Shown here: positions 7,425 through 16,942 of the stretch, piece by piece
How the letters are laid out: every line of letters starts with the position of its first letter
Numbering within the stretch: the first letter of the stretch is position 1
IMG/VR virus record: IMGVR_UViG_3300025084_000159
Location: 1 to 28,690 of that record
Strand: one strand, 5' to 3'
Source of the DNA: a virus
Lineage: Duplodnaviria > Caudoviricetes
Length of the DNA: 28,690 nucleotides
The notes under the pieces: model-generated
What the model saw: only the letters and a program-made list of their open reading frames with translations
The model's database searches: none
What the model was told of the DNA's origin: nothing
Position numbers and translations under genes: made by a program

Positions 7425-8435
7425 ATGTTTTTTAATCAATTTCCAAAAATTCAATATAGTATTGAAAACAATGCTATACTTACAGATATCACTGACTATT
7501 TTCGTTATGTCGATATTGTTGAAAAATTAGCAAATAACTTATACGCGTATAAAAAAGTCCAAATTGGCCATGGCGAAAGACCTGATGTGTTATCACAAAG
7601 GCTTTATGGAACTCCTGATTTTTACTGGACATTTTTTATATGTAATGATTCGCTTAAACAAGGTTTGTCTGCCTGGCCGAAAAGCGATCCAGAGATTAAA
7701 AACCATATTGCAAATCAGTATAAAAACATATCTGCGTTCAGATTTCCAATGTCTGAACCAGATACTAACAACACAAGACGAACACCTTTAGGAATTCCTA
7801 TCCTTAAAGACAAATATTTACCTTACTTAAGGCTTTGTCGACCTATTGTAAGTTCACCTATTGGCGAGAGAATTTTTGCTGAAGCTAAAATAGTTGACTA
7901 CCATCCTAATAAATCTCTTATTTGGATTGACAATTCGACAGAGAATTGGTTTGCTGAGGAAGAAGCTAGTCAAGCGGTAAATGGTAGTGGCAATGCATAT
8001 GATTTACAATATAAAGCTTTAGCGAAAAATAAATTATTCTATACAACTGAATCTGCTAATGACTTTACGGTGCAATTTAGAGAAAACGAAAATCCTTCAG
8101 TTAAATTAGAATTTCAAAGTGAAGTCCGTGAGGCAGCACTTAGATTTGCTCCAACAACCCCATATCATTTGTATCCTTCTACAATCGATCGTAACTATAT
8201 GATAGAATCGACACAATATTGGAAAGATGGATCTTTATCACCAGCTTATTATTTTGATCCAACTAATACAGACGAAGAAATAACTGAATACCAGGCAGGA
8301 GAGGAAGCTAGTAATTATAAATCTATATATGACGATATGTTAGAGGATAACGAGGCTTTAAAGGAAATTAAAGTTGTTGCTCCTGCTTATATTCAATCGT
8401 TTACAAGAGAATTTAAAAAATTGCTAAATGAGTGA
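7425..8435 (+). CDS. gp53: Baseplate wedge protein gp53 (LysM-like)
   Basis: MFFNQFPKIQY and GERPDVLSQRLYGTPDFYW motifs, and a C-terminal ...NEALKEIKVV. Confidence 0.88.
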   Translation: MFFNQFPKIQYSIENNAILTDITDYFRYVDIVEKLANNLYAYKKVQIGHGERPDVLSQRLYGTPDFYWTFFICNDSLKQGLSAWPKSDPEIKNHIANQYKNISAFRFPMSEPDTNNTRRTPLGIPILKDKYLPYLRLCRPIVSSPIGERIFAEAKIVDYHPNKSLIWIDNSTENWFAEEEASQAVNGSGNAYDLQYKALAKNKLFYTTESANDFTVQFRENENPSVKLEFQSEVREAALRFAPTTPYHLYPSTIDRNYMIESTQYWKDGSLSPAYYFDPTNTDEEITEYQAGEEASNYKSIYDDMLEDNEALKEIKVVAPAYIQSFTREFKKLLNE

Positions 8436-9948
8436 TAAACTTAATAGATCTTACGTTGACGAAAAAGGTAATTCGTTTAATGAATCGTCCTACGAATTAT
8501 TAGAATGTATTATTACTAACGTTAATGGAGATTCATCTGATATTAGAAATATGGTGGGATTTATTAAAATCCACGAAAGTCTTTTTGCACCATCAATTGT
8601 CGCCGAAATTGGTATTCGCGACGAAGTAAACTTCCTTGAAGAATTTAGTATTATTGGCAACGAAAAAATAAAATTGTCAATTAAAACAAAAGCATTAGGT
8701 ATCGAAAATGTTATTGAATTTTCCCTCCGAGCACAAAAATACCATGATTATGCCCGTTCAGCAAACGATAATCAGACACAGGCTTATGTCCTTGTTGCTA
8801 TTTCTGAATATGCTTATGTTGCTCCTTTAAAAATTATTACGTATAGTAATGACTTGCCCGAGCTGCATGAAAAAATTATTGCTAAAATATTTAAACGTGA
8901 TTTAAATACGCCAATCGTTGTAAAAGGAAACATGGCTTCGACATATAAAGGGAATTTAAATTTGCAAAATCCAATTAGAGCGTGTCAAAAATTGGTAGAA
9001 TCTGCCTTTGATTTTAACCAAACACCATACTTTTTGTATCAAGATTTATCTAGTAATGTGTACCTTTCACCTTTGAGTTTTATTAATGACCGCGAGGAAA
9101 ACAAAGTTTATCGAACATTTAATAACGATAAACAATTGAGGTCTGACCCTAATTCAAAAATAAACTATTTTGAAAGATCCTCGCAGATTTTAAAAATTTC
9201 CTCTAATATCGGTTTGTCTCCTTCGTTACAAGCAAAAAAAGGAGCGTTTGCATCTGAACATCGCTATATTAATTTAAGTAGAAAAGAATGGTATGCACCA
9301 TCTAGTCAGTATCAAGTGCCTGACCCGGCCGGACCTTCCCGTGCCTCTGCGATGGCAGGGATAGGCGCGGGGAACCGAGTCAAATTAAATTTAGAACTTG
9401 ATATAAACCCAGAACACACGACTTCAAAAAAACTACCTCGAGTAGGTACTGCGCCGATTAATGGAGATATCGAAGAACCACTTAGTCAAGCATCGCAAGC
9501 AAGGGTGCAATACCATTTTGTAAATAACAGTGCCCAGGAAGTTAGTAGTGTTGGTATGTCTGCGCTGGAAGGTTTGGCTGGGATGTTTCAGGGCTCTGGG
9601 TTCGATCTTTTGTTTGACACTGTGAACGAATTCATAAAAGAGTCGTCGATGGGGCAATTGAGTAAGTTGCAGAAGCATAGGTCAGAGGCGTATATGGCAA
9701 ACTACGATGCTTGTTCCCATAAATTCGAAGTTATGGGTGATCCACTTTTAAATCCTGGACGAACAATACAATTACTTTTTCCAAAATCAACATCGCCTGA
9801 AGCTCTTAAAAATCGTAACGATATTTACGATAAGGTTTTGTCAGGTGATTACCTTATATTTAGTACGATGCATACATTTATGGATGGAACCCATACGACA
9901 GAAGTCGTAGCAAAAACTGATTCTATACAACCTACAGAAAATTTATGA
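8428..9948 (+). CDS. Probable baseplate hub protein (gp27-like)
   Basis: Lies between gp53 and gp5. IHESLFAPSI, PYFLYQD and C-terminal GDPLLNPGRTIQL...DKVLSGDYLIFSTMHTF resemble the hub family of T4-like phages. Confidence 0.65.
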   Translation: MSDKLNRSYVDEKGNSFNESSYELLECIITNVNGDSSDIRNMVGFIKIHESLFAPSIVAEIGIRDEVNFLEEFSIIGNEKIKLSIKTKALGIENVIEFSLRAQKYHDYARSANDNQTQAYVLVAISEYAYVAPLKIITYSNDLPELHEKIIAKIFKRDLNTPIVVKGNMASTYKGNLNLQNPIRACQKLVESAFDFNQTPYFLYQDLSSNVYLSPLSFINDREENKVYRTFNNDKQLRSDPNSKINYFERSSQILKISSNIGLSPSLQAKKGAFASEHRYINLSRKEWYAPSSQYQVPDPAGPSRASAMAGIGAGNRVKLNLELDINPEHTTSKKLPRVGTAPINGDIEEPLSQASQARVQYHFVNNSAQEVSSVGMSALEGLAGMFQGSGFDLLFDTVNEFIKESSMGQLSKLQKHRSEAYMANYDACSHKFEVMGDPLLNPGRTIQLLFPKSTSPEALKNRNDIYDKVLSGDYLIFSTMHTFMDGTHTTEVVAKTDSIQPTENL

Positions 9949-11249
9949 TACAAAACCCACAATTTTTTATTGGAGTTGTCGAGGATGTCTCTGATCCCGA
10001 GAAACTTGGACGCGTTAAAGTTCGTATTTTTGGCAAGCACAGCGAAAGTTACGAGGACATGCCGGTCAAAAACTTGCCATGGTATACAAGTGTTATGCCA
10101 ATGACAAATCCTGGTATTGCTGGACAAGGAAAAACAATCGGTGCACAGCCAGGATCATGGGTGTTCGGTCTTTTTATTGATGGCAGCGACGAACAGGAAG
10201 CATTAATACTTGGTACAGTAGCAGGAAATAGCGGTGGACCACCAAGCATTAATACAGGATTTAGTGATCCGAGGAGAATAAATCCTCCAGTCGCTGGTAG
10301 TGACACACCAGTTACAACAGTTTCAGATCTACAAAATAAAAGAGTAGCTAATCGGACAATTAATATACCTATTGCTCGAAAACCAGCATTATCAGCACTA
10401 AACGAAGGGGAAGAACTACCCGAAGAGCAATCTATATCCACTCCTAATCCAGCAGATTACGCAAATCCAGTATATCCATATAATAATGCAGAAGTATTTA
10501 AAGGCGGACACGCTGTTGAATACGATTCCACTCCCGGCCATGAAAGATATTCACACATGCATAGGTCAGGGACAGCCACTGATATAACGGCAGACGGAGA
10601 AAAAATAGAACATATAACCGGAGACGGATTTACTGTATACAAAAAACAAAACACTGTCTATATAGTTGGAAATTGCAATTTGACCGTCGATAGAGACATA
10701 AATGTTAAATGCGGAGGTGATTATGTACTCGATATCGACGGTACCATGCATATACAGGTCGACAAAGATATTAAGACTAAAGTTAAAGGAAACATACAGA
10801 CCGAATGCAATGGTAAAAGAGAAATTATGTTAGACGGATCTGATTTTCTCGATGTAAAGCAATCGCAAACTATTAATATAACAGACGACTATGGTCTGAA
10901 TATTAAAGGAGACATGGGCCTCGACGTTAAAGGGCCCGAGACTAAATTGTTTTTTAACTCTGCTGATACTGAAATAACCTTTAAAAAGTTAGATACTACT
11001 GTGAATGGCGACCATAAAGATATGGTTACTGGGAACAAACATATCAGTAGTAACGCTGGTATGAAAATTAATTGCCCTAAAAAACTTATTATAAATACTC
11101 CAATACAGCAAGTGAGCGGAGATGTTAGAGCTGGGAGCGGGGATGTTTCTCTTATAACACACGTCCATAGACAGAATAACGGTAAAAGAGATGCTGGTGG
11201 TGGAATTGATACAGCACCATCAACAGGAGGCACAGCACCTGGATCATAA
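9945..11249 (+). CDS. gp5: Central spike gp5 (OB-fold plus beta-helix, no lysozyme domain)
   Basis: FFIGVVEDVSDPEKLGRVKVRIFGKH...LPW...GSWVFGLFIDG OB-fold, YPYN...GH..EYDSTPGHER...HRSGT, VxG-type beta-helix repeats, C-terminal SLITHVH. Confidence 0.93.
   Translation: MIQNPQFFIGVVEDVSDPEKLGRVKVRIFGKHSESYEDMPVKNLPWYTSVMPMTNPGIAGQGKTIGAQPGSWVFGLFIDGSDEQEALILGTVAGNSGGPPSINTGFSDPRRINPPVAGSDTPVTTVSDLQNKRVANRTINIPIARKPALSALNEGEELPEEQSISTPNPADYANPVYPYNNAEVFKGGHAVEYDSTPGHERYSHMHRSGTATDITADGEKIEHITGDGFTVYKKQNTVYIVGNCNLTVDRDINVKCGGDYVLDIDGTMHIQVDKDIKTKVKGNIQTECNGKREIMLDGSDFLDVKQSQTINITDDYGLNIKGDMGLDVKGPETKLFFNSADTEITFKKLDTTVNGDHKDMVTGNKHISSNAGMKINCPKKLIINTPIQQVSGDVRAGSGDVSLITHVHRQNNGKRDAGGGIDTAPSTGGTAPGS
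11090..11097 (+). promoter_or_regulatory. Possible internal late promoter TATAAATA upstream of the 986-aa gene
   Basis: Exact box near the 3' end of gp5. It could be a chance match. Confidence 0.35.
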
Positions 11250-11264
11250 TACATATATACACCA

Positions 11265-14225
11265 ATGTCAAAACAAGTTAATTATCCATATACTATTAAT
11301 ACACTCAGTGCAAAAGGAAGCGCTGAGGTAATTGCTCGTGGTATTAATAATGACTATATAACACAATGGTCTTTAAATACTAATACTATTGATTCATGGG
11401 ATAATGTTGAAAACTTTCCTACTGTAGTACGCACCGGTAATTTTGTTTGGTGTTGGTACCGAGAATATTCGAATAGAGCAATTTATATACTTATCGATGT
11501 AGTACCAGATCCAGAGGTAGAGTATCAATTAGGTAATAATATTGCATATCCAGCATTATTGAATGGAAGTGTAGGCGAAATAACAAATGCGGCCACTAGT
11601 GCAAGTGTAGAAACGGATAATATGGCGGCTGCAGCTAGTACTGTGACTGATGGACCTTATTATCCATTAACTGTAGCAGGGCAATATAATCACGTGGCGA
11701 ATGCGTCTGATGGATATAAGTCAGGTTTTTACGACACTGGTCGAAGATATAAAGAAATTGTTGCAGATAAATGGGGTGATACACCAGGTGTATGGGGAGG
11801 ATTTGCGGTATCAAATGGTCAGTATGCACCATGGTTAGTTGGTTGGGGAGGATTACAAACACTATTGACAAGTACTAATGGCGACGATGGAGATGCTATA
11901 CAGGGAATATTTGCACCGTTCGCAACATACGAACAATTCCAAACACTATATGGTGCGGAATCTGATTGGATCCATTCTACACACGGTAGCACATATAAAA
12001 CATTATTTGCCACCGCTTATGATGCATCAAACGGAGCAGGTAAAGTGTATTCGAATCCAGCAGATATAGAAAACGATTATCCGTTTACTGTTGAAGCAAT
12101 GCAACCACAAACGAAATACAGAAATATACCGGGCGATACTAATGGTGATGGCTTTGACGATACACCAAGTTTAGAAGATGCATTAGCTGTGTATGGTGCA
12201 GTCGCTGGTGCGTTCCCAGGTTTAGATATAACTAAGTGTGGTAACCTTGCAGACTTAGGTCTTAAAGTCGGTGACATAGATATACCATCAATCAACGAAT
12301 TAAAGAATAGTGTGAAGGCAGCAGTCGACTCCGCAGTGGACTCAATAGGCCTTTCTAAAATCGACGAAATGGTCCAGGGGTTTAAGGACGGTTTAAATGA
12401 CATGCTACCAGACACTACTCAAATAGAAAATCTGGCTAAGGATATTAGTGATCTAAAGGATAAGGGAGAAGATGCGTATCAGAAGTTAGTAGAAAAGTGG
12501 GATGGTCTTGTTGACGATATCGAAGGTGTCATTGATAGTGTGAGGAACCTCGGAGGATTCGATATATGTCAGTTTGTTACTGATAAGGCTAAGACAGATG
12601 ATGATGGTAAATTAGTCAAGAAGGAAAAAGCTCCGAGTCCGCCAGATAGGCCTATCGTGCCGGCCGAGCGAGGATTTATAAGACCAATGCCTCAGGATAG
12701 TGTGTCGCAGGATGATGTACAAAACAATACTGGTTATAACGAGGAAATGGCGAGAGCTGCTCGCGAGATCTATAATGAGGAGTGGAGAAAGTTGTTATTG
12801 GATCCTTTTATTCAATTTGGTTCTCAATCTTCGAATAGTGGATCTATTGAGCCTATTTCAGATGTCGATCAGGCAGGAATCGATTTAGCAAATATTTTGG
12901 GGGAAGATAATATTCCAAAAAGCTTCGATGGAATGGGCGCTTTTACGAGCAATTCAGCAGCAGATTTTATTGACCCAGTAACGGGAATAGCATCTTATAT
13001 CGATGACGCGGGTGTCAACCGTATTATAAGGGATCCCAAAGATAACATTCCGACAGCAGAAGGGTTTTATCTCGGAGATCCTGAGATAGAATCGATTCGT
13101 ATTAGTGCCGAGAACGTTAAATTCGATGAGTTTGGAAAACAGACCGGAGGGCTCGAAGAAATCTACAATTTTAAAAGGCAAGGCTTAACACGTGGTCAAG
13201 ACGCTGTTGATATTACAGGTGGAAATAGAACGAATGACGAAGTTCGTAGTAATCCGACAGGATTTAGACCGGATAACACCACAGCGAACCAAAATAAGAC
13301 AGAAGGTGTAAATTATTCTGAGAAGGAACCGATTACAACAAGACATGATCGCCTGCTTCACACGCCTGAATATCAGACGGCGAAGGCGCAGGGAAGCATC
13401 CAGGGCTTGCAAACATGGCTAAAATTAGAAGAAAAGGATACCTTTAAAGATTATTATAGAATACAATATTTTGAATCATTAGTTGCTGGAGCAAGAGAAC
13501 AAATCGAAAATGCACTATTTAAATCAACTAATTCACAAATCACTCCTGATATAAAGTCTGTTCAATTATGGACTCCTGTTGAATATGTTGAAAAGGGTGC
13601 GCTTTATCCAGGCGCTATCGTTAGTACTGTAGATCAAGACGACGTAAACTTCTTTGATAAACTTATTAATAAACTTCATAGTCTTATTGACGAGAAAATA
13701 TTAGTAGTAGGTCTTCTTGCCATTGTTGAACAAATTACTGCGGGGGAAATAGATTCTACTCGTGTAAGAGGCACTGCAACACCTCAAGCGAAAAAAGATT
13801 CTACTCCTGTAACAAGCACTGCAACACCTCAAGCGAAAGCTGAAGAAGGGTTAGATCCAAGATGGCCTTCGATAATAAAAAGAGCAAGAGAATTAGGAGC
13901 AGACTTCCGAATTACTGAAGGGTATCGTTCTCCAGAAAGACAGAATCAATTATATGCTCAGGGCCGAACTACACCAGGACCGATTGTAACATACGTGAGA
14001 GGTGGACGATCTAAGCATCAAACAGGTCGCGCAATTGATATCGTGTGGCAAAAGGGCAAAGGTATCAATAACCGTAATCCTAAGGGTACATTATATGATC
14101 CAGTTGAGTTAGAAAAAATGGCTAGATTATTTCAACAAGCTGGTAGAGAGCAAGGTGTAACAGTTAAGTGGGGTGGTGACTTTAAGACCTTTTACGATGG
14201 ACCGCACCTTGAAATAGCGGGGTAA
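11265..14225 (+). CDS. Large multidomain protein with C-terminal M15-family (L-Ala-D-Glu type) peptidoglycan peptidase; probable virion-associated lysin
   Basis: C-terminus ITEGYRSPERQNQLYAQGRT...SKHQTGRAID...WGGDF...DGPHLEI contains the SxHxxGxAxD and DxxH zinc motifs of Ply500/CwlK-like peptidases. The N-terminal ~850 aa are not recognised. Confidence 0.85.
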   Translation: MSKQVNYPYTINTLSAKGSAEVIARGINNDYITQWSLNTNTIDSWDNVENFPTVVRTGNFVWCWYREYSNRAIYILIDVVPDPEVEYQLGNNIAYPALLNGSVGEITNAATSASVETDNMAAAASTVTDGPYYPLTVAGQYNHVANASDGYKSGFYDTGRRYKEIVADKWGDTPGVWGGFAVSNGQYAPWLVGWGGLQTLLTSTNGDDGDAIQGIFAPFATYEQFQTLYGAESDWIHSTHGSTYKTLFATAYDASNGAGKVYSNPADIENDYPFTVEAMQPQTKYRNIPGDTNGDGFDDTPSLEDALAVYGAVAGAFPGLDITKCGNLADLGLKVGDIDIPSINELKNSVKAAVDSAVDSIGLSKIDEMVQGFKDGLNDMLPDTTQIENLAKDISDLKDKGEDAYQKLVEKWDGLVDDIEGVIDSVRNLGGFDICQFVTDKAKTDDDGKLVKKEKAPSPPDRPIVPAERGFIRPMPQDSVSQDDVQNNTGYNEEMARAAREIYNEEWRKLLLDPFIQFGSQSSNSGSIEPISDVDQAGIDLANILGEDNIPKSFDGMGAFTSNSAADFIDPVTGIASYIDDAGVNRIIRDPKDNIPTAEGFYLGDPEIESIRISAENVKFDEFGKQTGGLEEIYNFKRQGLTRGQDAVDITGGNRTNDEVRSNPTGFRPDNTTANQNKTEGVNYSEKEPITTRHDRLLHTPEYQTAKAQGSIQGLQTWLKLEEKDTFKDYYRIQYFESLVAGAREQIENALFKSTNSQITPDIKSVQLWTPVEYVEKGALYPGAIVSTVDQDDVNFFDKLINKLHSLIDEKILVVGLLAIVEQITAGEIDSTRVRGTATPQAKKDSTPVTSTATPQAKAEEGLDPRWPSIIKRARELGADFRITEGYRSPERQNQLYAQGRTTPGPIVTYVRGGRSKHQTGRAIDIVWQKGKGINNRNPKGTLYDPVELEKMARLFQQAGREQGVTVKWGGDFKTFYDGPHLEIAG
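13751..13838 (+). repeat. 45-bp-period tandem duplication in the linker before the peptidase domain
   Basis: AGATTCTACTC(G/C)TGTAA(G/C)A(G/A)GCACTGCAACACCTCAAGCGAAA occurs twice with 3 mismatches in 43 nt. Encodes DSTRVRGTATPQAKK / DSTPVTSTATPQAKA. Confidence 0.95.
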
Positions 14226-14257
14226 ATAAAGACTCTATATAATCAACAATTAATCTT

Positions 14258-14683
14258 ATGAAATCAATCTATCTTAAACCAGATGTAAATGGAATTGTGC
14301 GGGAAAAGTTTCTTCGTGTTGAAATCGAAGAAAGAGTTCGTGCATCGAAGCTCAATAAATTTGTTCCTGGAAATTCAGTAGTCCATAAAGTCACTAATGG
14401 TGATCCTGAAGAATATGCGAACTACTTCATATCTCTTATGAAAAAGTCTTCGAAGTTAAACGCAAACTTTATAACAACCACTCGATCATATTCCTCAACA
14501 GGCAATTTGAAAGAAGTTCAACGCTTAGGCCTGTTTAGTATTAATCCACTGACCTGTCCAAATGTGAATATTCGGGAGCTTCTTGATCCAAAGGTGAATG
14601 TAAAAGAAGGTATTCGATTATATGAAGAATTAATATTAAGAGAAGGTAATCTTCCTGACGTAATCGGGGTAGTTTCGATATAA
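14258..14683 (+). CDS. Lytic transglycosylase (SLT)-like protein with degenerate active site
   Basis: SLMKKSSKLNAN ... LGLFSI ... LLDPKVNVKEGIRLY align by eye with SLT motifs I (ES), II (GLxQ) and III (LxDPxxN), but Ser occupies the Glu and Gln positions. Confidence 0.55.
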   Translation: MKSIYLKPDVNGIVREKFLRVEIEERVRASKLNKFVPGNSVVHKVTNGDPEEYANYFISLMKKSSKLNANFITTTRSYSSTGNLKEVQRLGLFSINPLTCPNVNIRELLDPKVNVKEGIRLYEELILREGNLPDVIGVVSI

Positions 14684-14686
14684 ATA
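14679..14686 (+). promoter_or_regulatory. Late promoter TATAAATA for gp25
   Basis: Exact box overlapping the upstream stop codon, 5 nt before ATG 14692. Confidence 0.8.
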
Positions 14687-14691
14687 GTAAT

Positions 14692-15135
14692 ATGGGATTA
14701 AGATCAGATTTCAATGTTAACGAGCAAGCACCAAGAGATCTTGCTGTAGACTCTTCTGGTCTTTTTGCTGACATCCCACTTAATTTTATTCCTCATCCAA
14801 ACACAAAAGACATTCGTCCTGTTACAGATATTCAGGCAATACGACAAGCTGTTAAGATACTTGTGCTAAGTAATTTTTCCGACCGGCCGTTTCACCCTGA
14901 ACTTGGGTGTAATGTTACACAATATCTTTTCGAAAACACTGATCAATTCACAGCTCTTGGTATACGAGACGAAGTGCTTCGTGTTATCAAAGAACACGAA
15001 CCTCGTGTCACTGATCCAAAGGTTGAAATACAATTGGATGCAGATTATAACAGACTTCTTGCAACTATCATTTTTCAAATAAGGAATACAAATATAAACA
15101 CCGAGGTGTCTTTTTACCTCGACCGAATTAGATAA
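14692..15135 (+). CDS. gp25: Baseplate wedge subunit gp25
   Basis: FADIPLNFIPHP...AIRQAVKILVL...RPFHPELG...LFE...HEPRV motifs. Confidence 0.95.
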   Translation: MGLRSDFNVNEQAPRDLAVDSSGLFADIPLNFIPHPNTKDIRPVTDIQAIRQAVKILVLSNFSDRPFHPELGCNVTQYLFENTDQFTALGIRDEVLRVIKEHEPRVTDPKVEIQLDADYNRLLATIIFQIRNTNINTEVSFYLDRIR

Positions 15136-15140
15136 AAACT

Positions 15141-16937
15141 ATGGCCATTAAACAATTCAATATTACTGAACTTGATTTCGATTCGATTAAAGACGAAATT
15201 AAAAATTACTATAAACTTACTGATAGTCCATTTAAGGATTTTGATTTTGATGGTTCTGGTTTAAATCTTATTCTTGACATCCTTGCCCATAACACACACT
15301 ATAATGCTGTTCTTGCACACCTTGCTGCGAATGAAACATTTATTTCTTCGGCCCAACTTCGTAAGAATGTTGTAGCTCGTGCGAAATCATTAGGGTACAC
15401 ACCAAAAAGTGTTTCTGCTGCTGCTATCACAATAACATTAAGCAATTTAGATTCTTCTATTACAGAAATTAAAGAAGGTACAACATTTACAGCAACTGAT
15501 ACTCTTAATAATCAATCATATTCGTTTGTTGTATTTGATGATGTTGACAATCCTACTTTGCCGTTTTCTGCGCATGAAGGTGCAATTAAAAGAAAGGAAT
15601 ATCTTTTTGATGATAAAGTAGCAAACCTTAAATTTGAAATACCAGATGTCAATGTTGATCGTTCAAAAATTGTTGTTAGCGTAAGTGATTCAATCGGTAC
15701 TACACAAACAGAAACATACACACAATTTTCTGAGTTGCCTGGAATTGATGGCAATTCAAATGTTTACTTTATTAATGAAAATCCTAACGGAAGATTTGAA
15801 ATCTCGTTTGGAGACAATGTTATTGGTAAGAAACCTCTCCCAGGTTCTGTTATACAAATTAAATATCTTTCCACAAAAGGTGCTGCAGCAAATGGAGTTT
15901 CTGTATTTACAAACACTAGCTTATCGCCCGCACCAACAATTAGTATTGCGGGGGCATCTTCAGGTGGAGGCAGCAAGGAAAGTGTTGAAAGTATTCGATC
16001 AAACGCGCCTTTACAATTTCTTTCCCAAAACCGAGCAGTTACAACTGATGACTATAAAGCATTAATTCGTTCTAACTCAACAGCAGTAGCAATTTCAGTA
16101 TGGGGCGGAGAAGATAACGATCCTCCAGAATACGGCCGAGTATTTATTTCAGCTAAACCAGCAAATGCGGCAACACTTACAGAAACAGAAAAAAATACGT
16201 TACTTCCTATCTTAGATTCAAAAGGTATTTTAACTGTTCGACCAAAATTCGTAGATCCTGAATTTACATTTATTTATTTTGATATTTTTGTTAACTACAA
16301 CTCTGCTACTACAAATAAAGGTGCTGGTAGCATTTCAGCGTTAGTCAGAGATGGTGTTTCAAAGTTTAGCGACGACAATCTTGAAACATTCGATGGAGTA
16401 TTCCGCTACTCGCAATTCTTAGAATACATTAGTGACTTAGATCCTTCTATCGTTAGTTCATACGCCCGTGTTTATTGTTTGAAAAAATTCATAGCTAGAA
16501 ACGCAAATACGACAACATACAAATTAGAATTCAATTTCCCTCTTGATAATCCTTCTGATCCTACAGAGTCTTTAATCTCAACAAGCGGTTTTGTAAGTGG
16601 AGGAATCACATACTACTTACAGGATGAAGAAACAAGTGTTGAAAATATTCGTAGCATATCGCGCTGCTTTTTTAGTTCTGACGGGGTTAAAGTTGTAGAT
16701 GCTAGAAATGTTGGAACAATTGATACCTCAACAGGTATTATAGAAATTAATGATTTTAATGTTGACACAGATACGATAATTACTTTATTCGCTAGACCCG
16801 AATCAAATGACATCGCACCTAAGAGAAATCAAATAATCGAAATTGATTTACAAAACACTAATATTACATCTACTGTCGACACTATCGCAACCCGAGGAAC
16901 CTCAGGTATAGATGATTATGTAACAACACCTCGCTAG
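15141..16937 (+). CDS. gp6: Baseplate wedge subunit gp6
   Basis: ITELDFDSIK...DFDFDGSGL...LAHNTHYN...SAQLRKNVVARAKSLGYTPKS, QNRAVTTDDY, WGGEDNDPPEYGRVFISAKP. Confidence 0.97.
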   Translation: MAIKQFNITELDFDSIKDEIKNYYKLTDSPFKDFDFDGSGLNLILDILAHNTHYNAVLAHLAANETFISSAQLRKNVVARAKSLGYTPKSVSAAAITITLSNLDSSITEIKEGTTFTATDTLNNQSYSFVVFDDVDNPTLPFSAHEGAIKRKEYLFDDKVANLKFEIPDVNVDRSKIVVSVSDSIGTTQTETYTQFSELPGIDGNSNVYFINENPNGRFEISFGDNVIGKKPLPGSVIQIKYLSTKGAAANGVSVFTNTSLSPAPTISIAGASSGGGSKESVESIRSNAPLQFLSQNRAVTTDDYKALIRSNSTAVAISVWGGEDNDPPEYGRVFISAKPANAATLTETEKNTLLPILDSKGILTVRPKFVDPEFTFIYFDIFVNYNSATTNKGAGSISALVRDGVSKFSDDNLETFDGVFRYSQFLEYISDLDPSIVSSYARVYCLKKFIARNANTTTYKLEFNFPLDNPSDPTESLISTSGFVSGGITYYLQDEETSVENIRSISRCFFSSDGVKVVDARNVGTIDTSTGIIEINDFNVDTDTIITLFARPESNDIAPKRNQIIEIDLQNTNITSTVDTIATRGTSGIDDYVTTPR

Positions 16938-16942
16938 AATTA

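Noticed and set aside
13751-13838. Repeat as CRISPR array or DGR template/variable repeat
   Set aside because: Only two adjacent in-frame copies, no spacers, mismatches are not adenine-specific, and there is no cas or reverse transcriptase gene in the window.
2268-14225. Bacterial contractile injection system (T6SS/eCIS) instead of a phage
   Set aside because: gp32, gp59, gp2, gp4 and gp55-type late promoters indicate a T4-like phage genome.
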